From assembly GCA_035633215.1 (NCBI GenBank), contig DASQFI010000045.1:153068-217067 (forward strand): 64,000 nt of DNA. The letters run 5' to 3'. Shown here in pieces: positions 55,196-64,000 of the stretch (the stretch's first letter is position 1; every line of letters begins with the position of its first letter). The translations under genes were made by a program, and so were the position numbers. The DNA is from Vicinamibacterales bacterium (GTDB lineage Bacteria > Acidobacteriota > Vicinamibacteria > Vicinamibacterales > SCN-69-37). The notes below the pieces were generated by a model that searched no databases, was not told the origin of the DNA, and worked only from the letters and a program-made list of their open reading frames with translations.

Positions 55196-58100
55196 ATGTC
55201 CGCAGAACGAGAAACGGCCAGATCGCTTGAAGAAGCGCTTCGCGACGCTCTGGAGTCATTCTTCCTTGCCGACCGCGGCACACTCCAAGCCGAGACCTAT
55301 CAGACCATTTTCATAGGGAAGGGCGCTCGAAAGGGGCGAGAGATCGCTGATGACCTTACGAAGCGTGTATCCGCTGACGAATTAGCCCAATACCTATACT
55401 TCAGCGTTGGTGGCGCCGACGGCTCGGAGGCTGCCTGGATCCTTGAAAACACACCAATCGCGTACGCCGTAATGGTTGACTACAGCCAGGCCGCATGTGA
55501 TCTCGCGCGAGTGAAGAGCCAATCCATATCGGCCAGCCTCGGTAAGTCATTCAAGACGATTTGCGGCGACGCCACGCAAAGGCTTGGGGAAGCCCTCGCG
55601 TTCAGTCGGGACTGGCGAACCCGTGGGTGTGTCAGCGGTATCGTCGTGTCCGCCCAGTCTGTCTTGCATGAACTGCCATTTCGTAGCCCCGGTTTCAAGA
55701 TGAGCACGTACTTTGGCCAGATCTTCGCCGGCTGGGCAAACGCGTTTCTATACTGCCGCGAGCCGTGCCAACCTCAGAACTGGCCCAGCCCGGTTCAGAT
55801 GAAACTCCGTGACCTGAGCGGCGGGACACTTGCAGGCGTAGCCCGGCTGATTAAGTCTCAGCTGAGTGGTTTCGCCGGCTCAATTACCGAGGTTCCTGAC
55901 GATTACGTAGAAATGGACGCCGCGCTCGCCCTGGAGACCCTGTTTAAGGTGTTGTACTTTTTGGACAGTGATTTTGAGTACGAGATGGGTGAGCGGCTAA
56001 CAAGCTTCGAACCTGAAGTTGTGAGAAACCAGCTTCAGATGTACCTGGGACCAAACAGCGTTCGCGTCGACTACATCATGAGTGACCACTTTGAGAGGGA
56101 GTATCGAAGATTGGTGGTCGGCGTGCGAGATCCAGCGACGGGCCAAGAGTTAGGCATGCCGAACTCATTCGTTCGCATCGTTGGTGAAAGAAAAGATCAC
56201 CCCGTAACGAAGGACGTGAGGAAGATTCGCGACACCACTAACCTCGGCTTCACTATAGACGCTGGAATGTTTCATGGTCGGGTTGATGAGCTGCGGCGCA
56301 TCCGCGAGTGGCTCAGCCAATCTCCACCCCGCGCCTGGTTGATTCGTGGTCTTGCTGGTCAGGGCAAAAGCGAGGTTGCCAGACGTTATGCAATCGACGC
56401 TGTGGCAAGCGTAAGCACTGACGTCATCGGGGTGAGCCTCTACCACTCTTCTGGCGTTGACGACGTGATCGAGAGGATTGCAGCACCGATCTTTGGAGCC
56501 ATACCGCAGCCTACGCAGGAGCGCGTCCGCCGGATACTGGAGTTCTGCCGCTCCAAGGAGCTGCTGTTAATCGTCGACGGTCTTGAGCGTGAACAGGACA
56601 CCCGGGATGGACCACCTGGTGCCGGGTCGGTTGCGCGTGGGCCGCTGCAGGATTTGTTGTATGGGCTGATGGGCCCGGAGAGTAAGGCGCGTTTGTTGCT
56701 CACGAGCCAGCTCGATGTGGTTGGTATAGATCCGCTCGGAAGGCTGAGAACTGAAATGCTCCTGCCGCTGTCTCCAACTGATGGAATAAATCTGCTGCGA
56801 GTACCTGGCGGCAAGGAGGCTGATGAACTGCTGAAAAGCGTCTCCGTTGCCCTCGAGGGACATCCTCTTAGCCTTACGGCAGCTCAGAGAATCATTCGCG
56901 CGTTTGGTGCGGAGGACTTGCTCGGCTTGGTCGCCAAGGTCTCGGGTGACGCGAAGGTTCGGCGGATCCTGCGTCGATACAGAGATTCGTTGTCCCGCGA
57001 GGCTTTGACATTGGTTCGCGTTGTGTCAGCTTGTGCCGGCTCGATTTCGGACGCGACCATGCAAATGGTTTTGACCACTGGCTTGACGGCGCCATTGAAC
57101 AAGGCGTCTTTCGACAGTGCCAAGAAGGAATGTGAGGGTGTGCTTTGGAACGATGAGCGGGGCCGATTGGACGTTCACCCGATCGTTCGCGCGGTTTTTC
57201 AAGAAGAGTGGCTCGAGTCCCAGCAGAAGCAAGCGCGGCGGGTCCATAAGAAACTCGCGGAGTTATTTGAGCGCCATGCAAATGAAGCCCTCAAGCGACC
57301 AAATCCAACCTCGGCAGAACTGGAGCCTGTTCTGGGTGCTATGCATCATCGCCTTAGCCGAGGAGAGGTTCTCGCGGCAAGTCTCATGTTTTGGCGAATG
57401 ATGAAAGCTGGCGGAAATTTCCATATCGTGCACACCTTGGGCGTTTGGAGCTTTCTTCGTGATGCGGGCCTGTTGTTTTTGCGAGATAGAGATCCGGACC
57501 AACTTGCCCGCGATTTAGGGCCATCGGGAGCCTGCCCGCTTCTTTCGAACATCAGCGCTGCCGAACTTGCGCTGGCGCACCCGGAAAACGCGTTGGTGTG
57601 GGCCGGGCGGGCGCGAGACATTGCCGCAATGGCGGCGTCAAAGACCAAGCCGAAGGACGTCGCGACGAGGACCTCTCTCTGGTCTCTCGCACAGAACGCA
57701 GGCCAGATATGCATCAATGCTTACGGATGGTTGGGCCTACTTGGAGATGCGGAGACCGAGGCGGACCGAGGTGTGACCTTCGCGGAGAAGTCTCGGGCGA
57801 AGCCAGCGGTCACAACATTGGGTTCCGTCCCTGAGGTGCTCGTAGCTTGGAGGGCGGCGTTGTGGGCTGCGTCTTATGCCTACTCGGCTCGTGGGCGCCT
57901 CAAGCTGTGGAAAGGCCTGTATACTTCAGCTCTGGTGGATATGGAACACGCCGTCAATGTCTTTGCCGATGTATCCCAAGAGTTGAAGATGGAGTCGCTG
58001 GTTGCGTGGCAGGGAATGGACCACGTTGAGTGCCTTCTATTGCTTGATCGCGATAAGAACAGACGACGCGCACTAGAAGTGCATACTAAGAATCTGAAGT

Positions 58101-58540
58101 GGTGTGAGGAACGGAACCGCAGGGACCGTACGCTGCGCTTAGTGATTGAACGGGCAATGTTGGAGCGGCTAGACGGAAGGGATGGGAAGGCGTTTGACCT
58201 TCTCAGTTCTGTTCGTGACCAATTTGCCGTTGTTGAAGATGTGGAGTTACGTATTCATTTGCATCTTGAGCTTGCAAGGTGTCACTTGACTTTTGGCGGT
58301 CGAGAACAGGCCACGGCGGCTGCGCGAGTCGCACTCGACTTCGCTACGCGGAAAGGGCATGTGCTCGCTATGGCCGACGCCCTTGCGCTGGCAGCAGAGG
58401 CCGAACCCCAAGTGGAGGCCCGGCGGAACGACATCAGGGATCTTAGTGAAATCGTGGACGGTCGAGGTTACGGCCGTAGGAAAAGCGATCTCGAGATGCT
58501 AAGGGCCGGAAGGCGGCCGGTTTTGGAAATAGGAGTCTGA
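55196..58540 (+). CDS. STAND (NB-ARC-like) NTPase with N-terminal SAM-methyltransferase-like domain and C-terminal TPR-like region
   Basis: FHGR..EL, Walker A GLAGQGKS, Walker B LLIVDGLE, sensor-1 LLLTSQ, GHPLSL, LDVHPIVR. N-term YFSVGGADGSEA...VMVDYSQAACDLAR...ICGDA...VSAQSVLHEL...LYCREP. Confidence 0.8.
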   Translation: MSAERETARSLEEALRDALESFFLADRGTLQAETYQTIFIGKGARKGREIADDLTKRVSADELAQYLYFSVGGADGSEAAWILENTPIAYAVMVDYSQAACDLARVKSQSISASLGKSFKTICGDATQRLGEALAFSRDWRTRGCVSGIVVSAQSVLHELPFRSPGFKMSTYFGQIFAGWANAFLYCREPCQPQNWPSPVQMKLRDLSGGTLAGVARLIKSQLSGFAGSITEVPDDYVEMDAALALETLFKVLYFLDSDFEYEMGERLTSFEPEVVRNQLQMYLGPNSVRVDYIMSDHFEREYRRLVVGVRDPATGQELGMPNSFVRIVGERKDHPVTKDVRKIRDTTNLGFTIDAGMFHGRVDELRRIREWLSQSPPRAWLIRGLAGQGKSEVARRYAIDAVASVSTDVIGVSLYHSSGVDDVIERIAAPIFGAIPQPTQERVRRILEFCRSKELLLIVDGLEREQDTRDGPPGAGSVARGPLQDLLYGLMGPESKARLLLTSQLDVVGIDPLGRLRTEMLLPLSPTDGINLLRVPGGKEADELLKSVSVALEGHPLSLTAAQRIIRAFGAEDLLGLVAKVSGDAKVRRILRRYRDSLSREALTLVRVVSACAGSISDATMQMVLTTGLTAPLNKASFDSAKKECEGVLWNDERGRLDVHPIVRAVFQEEWLESQQKQARRVHKKLAELFERHANEALKRPNPTSAELEPVLGAMHHRLSRGEVLAASLMFWRMMKAGGNFHIVHTLGVWSFLRDAGLLFLRDRDPDQLARDLGPSGACPLLSNISAAELALAHPENALVWAGRARDIAAMAASKTKPKDVATRTSLWSLAQNAGQICINAYGWLGLLGDAETEADRGVTFAEKSRAKPAVTTLGSVPEVLVAWRAALWAASYAYSARGRLKLWKGLYTSALVDMEHAVNVFADVSQELKMESLVAWQGMDHVECLLLLDRDKNRRRALEVHTKNLKWCEERNRRDRTLRLVIERAMLERLDGRDGKAFDLLSSVRDQFAVVEDVELRIHLHLELARCHLTFGGREQATAAARVALDFATRKGHVLAMADALALAAEAEPQVEARRNDIRDLSEIVDGRGYGRRKSDLEMLRAGRRPVLEIGV

Positions 58541-58576
58541 TGGGAGCTGGTCGTTGAGTTGCGTTCGTTGTCTTAG

Positions 58577-58772
58577 GTCGGCCTGCTGACGGTCAGTTCA
58601 TTACTTTGGCCACACGAACGTGACAACCACGAACACGTACCTGGCCGGGTCGCCTGCCTTCGCAGAAGCCGAGCTTCGGGCTTTCGAGGAGAAGCGAAAG
58701 ATATCCGCGAGCGTTTCTCAGTCTGACCACGACGCCTCAGAAGTGGAGCAAACGCCGCAAGCGGTTCACTAG
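58577..58772 (+). pseudogene. C-terminal remnant of a tyrosine recombinase/integrase
   Basis: VGLLTVS, 1-nt shift, HYFGHTNVTTTNTYLAG...* (box II GH...TT..Y); no upstream coding part. Confidence 0.65.
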
Positions 58773-58854
58773 AAAGACCGGAGCCTTTGGGCTTCGCGGG
58801 ATCTGAGGCTAGCCGTCTCTTTTTTCGTACGACCTTGCCGCTGTCTTCTTAAAG

Positions 58855-60402
58855 GTAACAGTTCAGGGGGTCTGTACAAGTTGAGGCGATCGGCGTACCG
58901 TCTGACGCGTGACGGGCCCGAAATCGCGGCCACGCCGGCGGGACACCGAGGAACGCCTGAAGCAGGAGATTGAGCGGCTGCGCCGCGAACTCGCCGAGCG
59001 GGAACGGGAAGTGGCCGAGCAGGCCAAGCGGATCAAGGACCTCGAACACGAGCTCGCCCTGCACCAACAGAATTCCACCACGACCTCCAAGCCACCGTCC
59101 TCCGATGGGCTGGCCGGCCAGCAACGGATGCGCGGTCGCCGACAGAAGAGCCGGCGCCCGCGAGGCGCGCAACCGGGTCATCCGGGGCATTGCCGCCCGC
59201 TGGTCTCGCTCGATCGCGTCAACGTGACGGTCGACGTTCAGCCGACCGCGTGCCGCCAGTGCGCGCACGTGCTGCACGCGCGCGACGAGCGCGGGGACCC
59301 GCGCCGGCATCAAGTGACCGAGCTGCCGCCGATCGAGGCCCACATCACCGAATACCGCTGTCATCGACGCGTCTGTGCCGCCTGTGGCGCGACCACGCTG
59401 GCGGCGTTGCCCGACGAGGGGGTCGGGCAGTTTGGGCCGCAGCTCACGGCCCTGATTGCGTATCTGACGATGGTCTGTCGGATGCCGCGGCTGGTGGTGC
59501 AGCGGTTCCTCGAGGGCGTGCTGCAGATCCCGATCAGTCTGGGGAGCACCCAAGCGGCGTGGGAAGAAGCCAGTGCGGCGGTCGGCGCGCCCTATGCCGA
59601 GCTGGAAGCCGCGTTGCCGCAGGAACCGGTCGTCAACGCCGACGAGACCGGGCACCGGACCAACGGCGCCAAACGGTGGCTCTGGGTGTTCGTGGCCCAC
59701 ACGTTCGTCTTCTATCGGATTGCCGCGTCCCGCGGCTCCGAGGTGTTGCGGGCCGTACTGGGGGAGACATTCACCGGCGTGCTCGGCAGTGATCGCCTGC
59801 CCAGCTATCTCAAATGTGTGGCCGAGCAGCGCCAGCTGTGCTGGGCCCATCTGACGCGAAATCTTCTCAGCGCCCTCGACCTGGCGACGACACCCTCGGC
59901 GAAGCGCTTCTGCCGGGAGGCGCTCGTCCTCACGCGTCGCCTGTTTCGCTTGTGGCATCGCTACCGGGGCGATCCGACCATCCGGGGCGCACCGTTGACG
60001 CGGCCGGAATTGATCGCGAAAGCGCTCCCGATCGAGAAGGCCTTCTTCCGTCTCGGCGAGCGGTACCTCGACGCCGCCTCCGCCGACGTGCGCAATCTCG
60101 CCTACGCGCTATTCGTACACAACCAGCACTTCTTTACGTTCGTGCACAAGCCGGGGGTGGCGCCGACTAACAACGTCTCCGAACGCGCCCTCAGGACGGC
60201 GGTCCAATGGCGAAAGATCAGTTTCGGTACGCGCAGCGAGGAGGGTGAGCGAGCGGTCGAGCGACTGGCTGACCATCGCGCGCACGTGTCAACAGCAGGA
60301 ACTCAATGTCCTCGTCTACCTGACCGCGGCCATCGCCGCGTACCGCCGCCGTCACCCAGTCGCGTCCTTGCTACGCAGGCCGCAGACCCCCTGAACTGTT
60401 AC
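58855..60402 (+). mobile_element. IS66-family element (single-ORF type), 1548 bp
   Basis: Perfect 20-bp TIRs GTAACAGTTCAGGGGGTCTG (58855-58874; inverted at 60383-60402); 8-bp TSD TCTTAAAG (58847-58854 and 60403-60410). Confidence 0.95.
58909..60394 (+). CDS. tnpC: IS66 transposase TnpC with +1 frameshift near the C-terminus
   Basis: SSKPPSSD-like TTSKPPSSD, GAQPGHPG, zinc ribbon, NADETG, QLCWAHL.R, PTNNVSERALR. Conserved tail LTIARTCQQQELNVLVYL is in the +1 frame after 60267. Confidence 0.88.
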
Positions 60403-60590
60403 TCTTAAAGATTCCTTCAACACGACAGGCAGCTGCCCTCGGCCGACGAAGCCCAGATGCCAAGAACGAGGCGCTTGTCCAGGCTGTGCACATCCGCCGG
60501 TCAGATCTCGTTGAACTGGCCGTAACACATCCGGTGTGCGGCATCGGACAGCGGGCTCTGGATGCCGCCAATGGAACCGGATCGATCAGG

Positions 60591-61646
60591 TTAGGATGGC
60601 TGCGATGCCCACTTGATCCAGCCGCCATGGGGATCGCAGCGAGCGAGCAGGCGTCCTTCGAGGCGGTCGCCCAGGTACCGGATGAGTCGGAGTTGCGGCG
60701 ACAATTCGCGAGGGGAAGGGCCTTTCGAGTATTCGAGTGAGATGCGCGTCAACGCTCGCCGCCTGGACTGTGCGATCAACAGGGCATCGATCCTAGCTTT
60801 CGACTCGAGCGTCAGCTGGTTGAAGGTGAAACTGTGGAAAACGCACGCTCGTGCCCCACGCGGGATCAGGGAAAGCTGCTCCTCGAGTACGTCGACAGCG
60901 TTTCCGCGGACGAGCGGCGGCGGATGCGCTCGGGCCACCTCGATTGCGCTTCTTAGCAAACAAGCGCGGTCCCGGTGCTCAGGCCAGACCAGGGCTAGCA
61001 GCCATCGAGCTGACGCGCGACTCCGTACGTCGACAGGCTGAAGATCGATGCCGACGCGGAAACTGACAACGGGAAGGTGCGCTGGAAGGGGCGGTGGACA
61101 CCCGCGTACTGTGCACGCGAGTTGCACCGTCGCAGCCTCATCGCCTAATCGGCGGCCATCGTAGCGATAGCCGTAGCGATCCCAAAGTAAATTCAAGCCA
61201 GCGCTCGCTCCAATCTCGATGAGACCAAGCGAGGCGGCGCCTCCTTGATTCGCGACCAGAGCGAACGCCGGAAGGAGGCACGCCGAGCGGCGTACCTCGT
61301 TTGTTTGGACGAGCCTCGTCCTTAGCAGACGACGAATCTGAGTGTGGCGTGTTCGACAGAACGCGTGAAAAACGGGAAATGGGTCGCCCGATGACCATCG
61401 GACTCCCGCCAAGTCCGGGTAGAAGCGACCCAAGGCCGCTGTAGGGTCTAGGAGGAGCAGATAGTGAACGGCGGCAAGAAACAGGTTTGGCACGGGCACT
61501 TGGCGCGTGTTCGACGCACCTATCCGGGCCAGTGCGAGAAGCTCGCGGTCGCTTGCGATCCCTAGCGCAAGTCTCTCGTAAAGCGGCGAGGAGCCGTGAC
61601 ATTCGTCGCGAGCGAAGCGTTGGAAGCGCGCGGCAAGATCGGTCAC
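60591..61646 (-). CDS. DUF2332 family protein
   Basis: SSPLYERLA, PNLFLAAVHYL, VQTNEVRRS, LIEIGASAGLNLLWDRY, RVGIDLQP, WL.ALVWPEH..R. Confidence 0.85.
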   Translation of the reverse strand: MTDLAARFQRFARDECHGSSPLYERLALGIASDRELLALARIGASNTRQVPVPNLFLAAVHYLLLLDPTAALGRFYPDLAGVRWSSGDPFPVFHAFCRTRHTQIRRLLRTRLVQTNEVRRSACLLPAFALVANQGGAASLGLIEIGASAGLNLLWDRYGYRYDGRRLGDEAATVQLACTVRGCPPPLPAHLPVVSFRVGIDLQPVDVRSRASARWLLALVWPEHRDRACLLRSAIEVARAHPPPLVRGNAVDVLEEQLSLIPRGARACVFHSFTFNQLTLESKARIDALLIAQSRRRALTRISLEYSKGPSPRELSPQLRLIRYLGDRLEGRLLARCDPHGGWIKWASQPS

Positions 61647-62416
61647 GCAGGTCTAGCGGACTCGACAGCCAACCCCCATCGTTCTACTTCTCGCACGACC
61701 GACGCCGGATAATTGGCGGGATACTGGACGTTGGCCATCTCTGCGTACCGCGGCACAATCCGCACCTCGCCGTCGCGCATCACTGTGGAGCGTCGGATGA
61801 GATGACGCATGAAATCGTCGATGGCCGCGCTCGCGCAGGCGACAGTCCAATGAATTCCGAACTTCAACCGCACCGGGGCGTCAGTCGCGGGCGTGCCGCG
61901 GTGGAGCAGTCGAGCATCCCACACGACAAGATCACCGGCCTTATTGCCGATGGAATGGCGGGCTTGCACCTGTTCCAAAAGTCTCTGCGTTAGGGTCGTC
62001 CCGTCGGTGACCGGCGGTAAAACGTGCGAGCCGGGAACGACGTCCAACCCTCCCCCACTTTTGAGATCGTTGTCCTGCAAGTACACAGCGCATTGCACGA
62101 AGGTCGTCTGCGGATCCCGTGCATCGGCATTCTTGAATCCAGCGTCGATGTGCCAATCTGCATATAGGCCAGATCGGACGGTGAAGTTCGGAAACAGATG
62201 GCAACCGAAACCCAGTAGCAACGTAAGAGTATCGATGACAGGCTCGGAAAATGGTAATGCCGATAGCGACGGATTCGCTAAGAATCGTGAAACGAGCATC
62301 TCGCGATCGCCGGTTTCGTGATAAGCCGTATCGCAGATCTCGCGCAGTTGTTGCACTTGTGGCGCGGAAAGCAGCGGCCGACACATGTACCCTGTCCGTT
62401 GAAAGGCGTCAATCAC
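61643..62416 (-). CDS. PhyH-family Fe(II)/2-oxoglutarate dioxygenase
   Basis: F..TGY, WHID (HxD), VYLQD...GGL.VVPGSH, AGD.VVWD.RLLHRG (distal His). Confidence 0.87.
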   Translation of the reverse strand: MIDAFQRTGYMCRPLLSAPQVQQLREICDTAYHETGDREMLVSRFLANPSLSALPFSEPVIDTLTLLLGFGCHLFPNFTVRSGLYADWHIDAGFKNADARDPQTTFVQCAVYLQDNDLKSGGGLDVVPGSHVLPPVTDGTTLTQRLLEQVQARHSIGNKAGDLVVWDARLLHRGTPATDAPVRLKFGIHWTVACASAAIDDFMRHLIRRSTVMRDGEVRIVPRYAEMANVQYPANYPASVVREVERWGLAVESARPA

Positions 62417-62817
62417 TGGCGTCCTCGATAGGCTTCTGAAATGATCTCGATGAGCGCGCCGCCGCGCAGCCTGAATCCAGCCAAGGTGGTGCGCGCCGGT
62501 CGATGGATGCCTAGCACTGATGCATACACCTCATTGAATGCGGCGTAATCCACAGGATCGGCCAAGCAACACTGCATTCGCGTCACGTGTGACCAGTTGA
62601 GCCTTAATTCGCTCAGGATCGTCTCGATGTTTAGCAGTACTTGGCGTGTCTGCGCCGCAATCTCGCCTTCGATGCGATCCCCTGTCCCGGCCTTCCATGC
62701 CTTTTGTCCCGACAGAAACACAATTCCGTTATCGAGCTCGACCGCGTGACTGTAATGCCCAATCGCACTAGGAACGTCGCCCGAAAACTCCATGCATTCA
62801 ATTCCGTGGTTATTCAC
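62413..62817 (-). CDS. RidA/Rid family enamine/imine deaminase
   Basis: AIGHYSHAV, VFLSGQ, QTRQVL.NI..IL, FNEVY, RPART (catalytic Arg), LIEI. Confidence 0.9.
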   Translation of the reverse strand: MNNHGIECMEFSGDVPSAIGHYSHAVELDNGIVFLSGQKAWKAGTGDRIEGEIAAQTRQVLLNIETILSELRLNWSHVTRMQCCLADPVDYAAFNEVYASVLGIHRPARTTLAGFRLRGGALIEIISEAYRGRQ

Positions 62818-63770
62818 GAGGGGACCTCCTGGGCGGCCCGATCAAATACCTCACGAGCCAGCGCGACCTCAGTCCCTGCCAGCCCGAGAGAGACGTATAC
62901 GGATCGACCTGTCAAGCGAGATGACGGCCTGTCGCGAAGGATTTCCGCGAGCGAGCGATGAGCCATTCCGTGGGACACAAGCTCCGAGCCAAGACGAGCC
63001 ACCTCTTCCGGTGCATCGCTCACCAGGAGTGCGGCGCTTGCATGTACTGCGCGCGGCAACTCGGAACCGCTCGTCAGCTTCGGACCAATGTGATTGATAT
63101 GAACGTCCGATTTCAACCAGGCCTCGTCAAGGATTGGCTCCAGGCTGGACGTGGCGCACACGAGCACATCGGCCCTTTCGACCACCTCTTTGGCCGTGTC
63201 AGCGACCCGCACATCGACGTCCGTTGTCATGCTCATCTTGCTAGCGAATCGCTTGCGGCGATCATGGTCGCGGCAGTACACCAAGGCGTGCTCGAATGTC
63301 CGAACCGCAAGCGCGCCTGCCAGCTGCGTGGCCGCTTGGCGGCCACAACCTAGAATTCCGAGGACACGCGCCTCCGGTGGGGACATCACGCTCACGGCGA
63401 TGCCGCCTAGCGCTCCAGTTCTCCATTCGCCCAATTCATCCCCGACAAAGATACCGCGAATGGATCCGTCGTCGTCATTAAACACCACTGTTAGCTGACT
63501 GGGTTCGTCCCCCTGCGGCGTCCGAGTGTGATACACCCGTAGCCCGCTGCACCGCCCGAGGACGGCGCCGGCCGTGAGCACGAGTCCGTGCTCGCCGAGT
63601 TTCAGCATAAATCGCGGCGGGGACAGCAACTTACCACGATGGCAAGAGTCGAGAAATCCCCGCACGAGAGCGACCGCTTCCCACATGTGGAGAAACTTGT
63701 CCATCGACGCGTTTACCAGCACGATGGGTCCGCGCGGGGCTGACTGGCCTATTCTTGACACGTGCACCAC
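62814..63770 (-). CDS. Ornithine cyclodeaminase/mu-crystallin family protein
   Basis: RTGALGGIA, LGILGCGRQAATQL, ADVLVCATSS..P, HINHIG, SLGLAGTEVALA; exact start uncertain. Confidence 0.87.
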   Translation of the reverse strand: MVHVSRIGQSAPRGPIVLVNASMDKFLHMWEAVALVRGFLDSCHRGKLLSPPRFMLKLGEHGLVLTAGAVLGRCSGLRVYHTRTPQGDEPSQLTVVFNDDDGSIRGIFVGDELGEWRTGALGGIAVSVMSPPEARVLGILGCGRQAATQLAGALAVRTFEHALVYCRDHDRRKRFASKMSMTTDVDVRVADTAKEVVERADVLVCATSSLEPILDEAWLKSDVHINHIGPKLTSGSELPRAVHASAALLVSDAPEEVARLGSELVSHGMAHRSLAEILRDRPSSRLTGRSVYVSLGLAGTEVALAREVFDRAAQEVPS

Positions 63771-63800
63771 CTGGTGTTACCGTCGGCGGCGATTTCCCGA

Positions 63801-63995
63801 ATGGTACTATCAGACGACGTGAACTTGCGCAAGCTGGCGCAGAGTGAAATTGAGGCTCGACTCGGCGTCACTGTCGAGGGACTTGCGCCCGAAGTGATTG
63901 ACCGGATGTCGACAATGAGCGAAGAGGATCTGCGCCTGTTGCGACGCCTTCTCGATCGGGCGGTGCAGCAGGGTGTTCTCGTACAAGGCGGTTGA
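63801..63995 (+). CDS. Small helical hypothetical protein (64 aa from ATG 63801)
   Basis: MVLSDDVNLRKLAQSEIEARLGVTVEGLAPEVIDRMSTMSEEDLRLLRRLLDRAVQQGVLVQGG*; protein-like composition, divergent from the operon. Confidence 0.4.
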   Translation: MVLSDDVNLRKLAQSEIEARLGVTVEGLAPEVIDRMSTMSEEDLRLLRRLLDRAVQQGVLVQGG

Positions 63996-64000
63996 GAGAG

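Larger units (their letters stand above)
54610..64000. mobile_element. Putative tRNA-Pro-integrated genomic island (left part; extends past the window)
   Basis: att-like fragment at the left end, visibly lower GC and more A/T-ending codons, integrase remnant, IS66, non-core cargo. Confidence 0.7.

Noticed and set aside
55391-55765. STAND N-terminus as a DNA methyltransferase of a restriction-modification system
   Set aside because: No DPPY/NPPY/PC catalytic motif is visible and no restriction or specificity genes are adjacent.
63810-64000. Minus-strand open frame entering from the edge (LSTALYENTLL...QVHVV*) as an upstream operon gene
   Set aside because: In register with the plus-strand ORF and less protein-like; cannot be resolved without flanking sequence.

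Overview
High-GC bacterial window; the gene content (ADOP permease/PadR pairs, Ser/Thr kinases with beta-propellers, VPS10/BNR proteins) suggests Acidobacteriota, probably Vicinamibacteria (inference). 1-23.8 kb is mostly housekeeping: recJ (partial), accA, dnaE, guaA, psd/pssA, a tsaB-rimI fusion, mutS, a deoxyhypusine-synthase-like gene plus agmatinase, tRNA-Arg(CCT), apt and acyP. 23.8-54.5 kb is accessory: secreted BNR proteins, an ECF42/DGPF pair, ArsR/SRPBCC, two PadR-ADOP modules, TA modules, two kinases and several deletion-type pseudogenes. At 54,535-54,609 a 3' fragment of tRNA-Pro(CGG), interrupted by a 30-nt REP-like insert, looks like an att site. To its right is a compositionally atypical putative island. 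It carries a 1114-aa protein that appears to fuse a SAM-methyltransferase-like domain to a STAND NTPase and a TPR-like region (best candidate for an undescribed system), a tyrosine-integrase remnant, an IS66 with perfect TIRs and TSD, and a tightly coupled OCD-RidA-PhyH-DUF2332 operon. A 40-bp sequence near the island end recurs exactly at 45,060, hinting at tandem island accretion. No CRISPR array or rRNA is seen. All family assignments come from reading motifs by eye, not from database searches.
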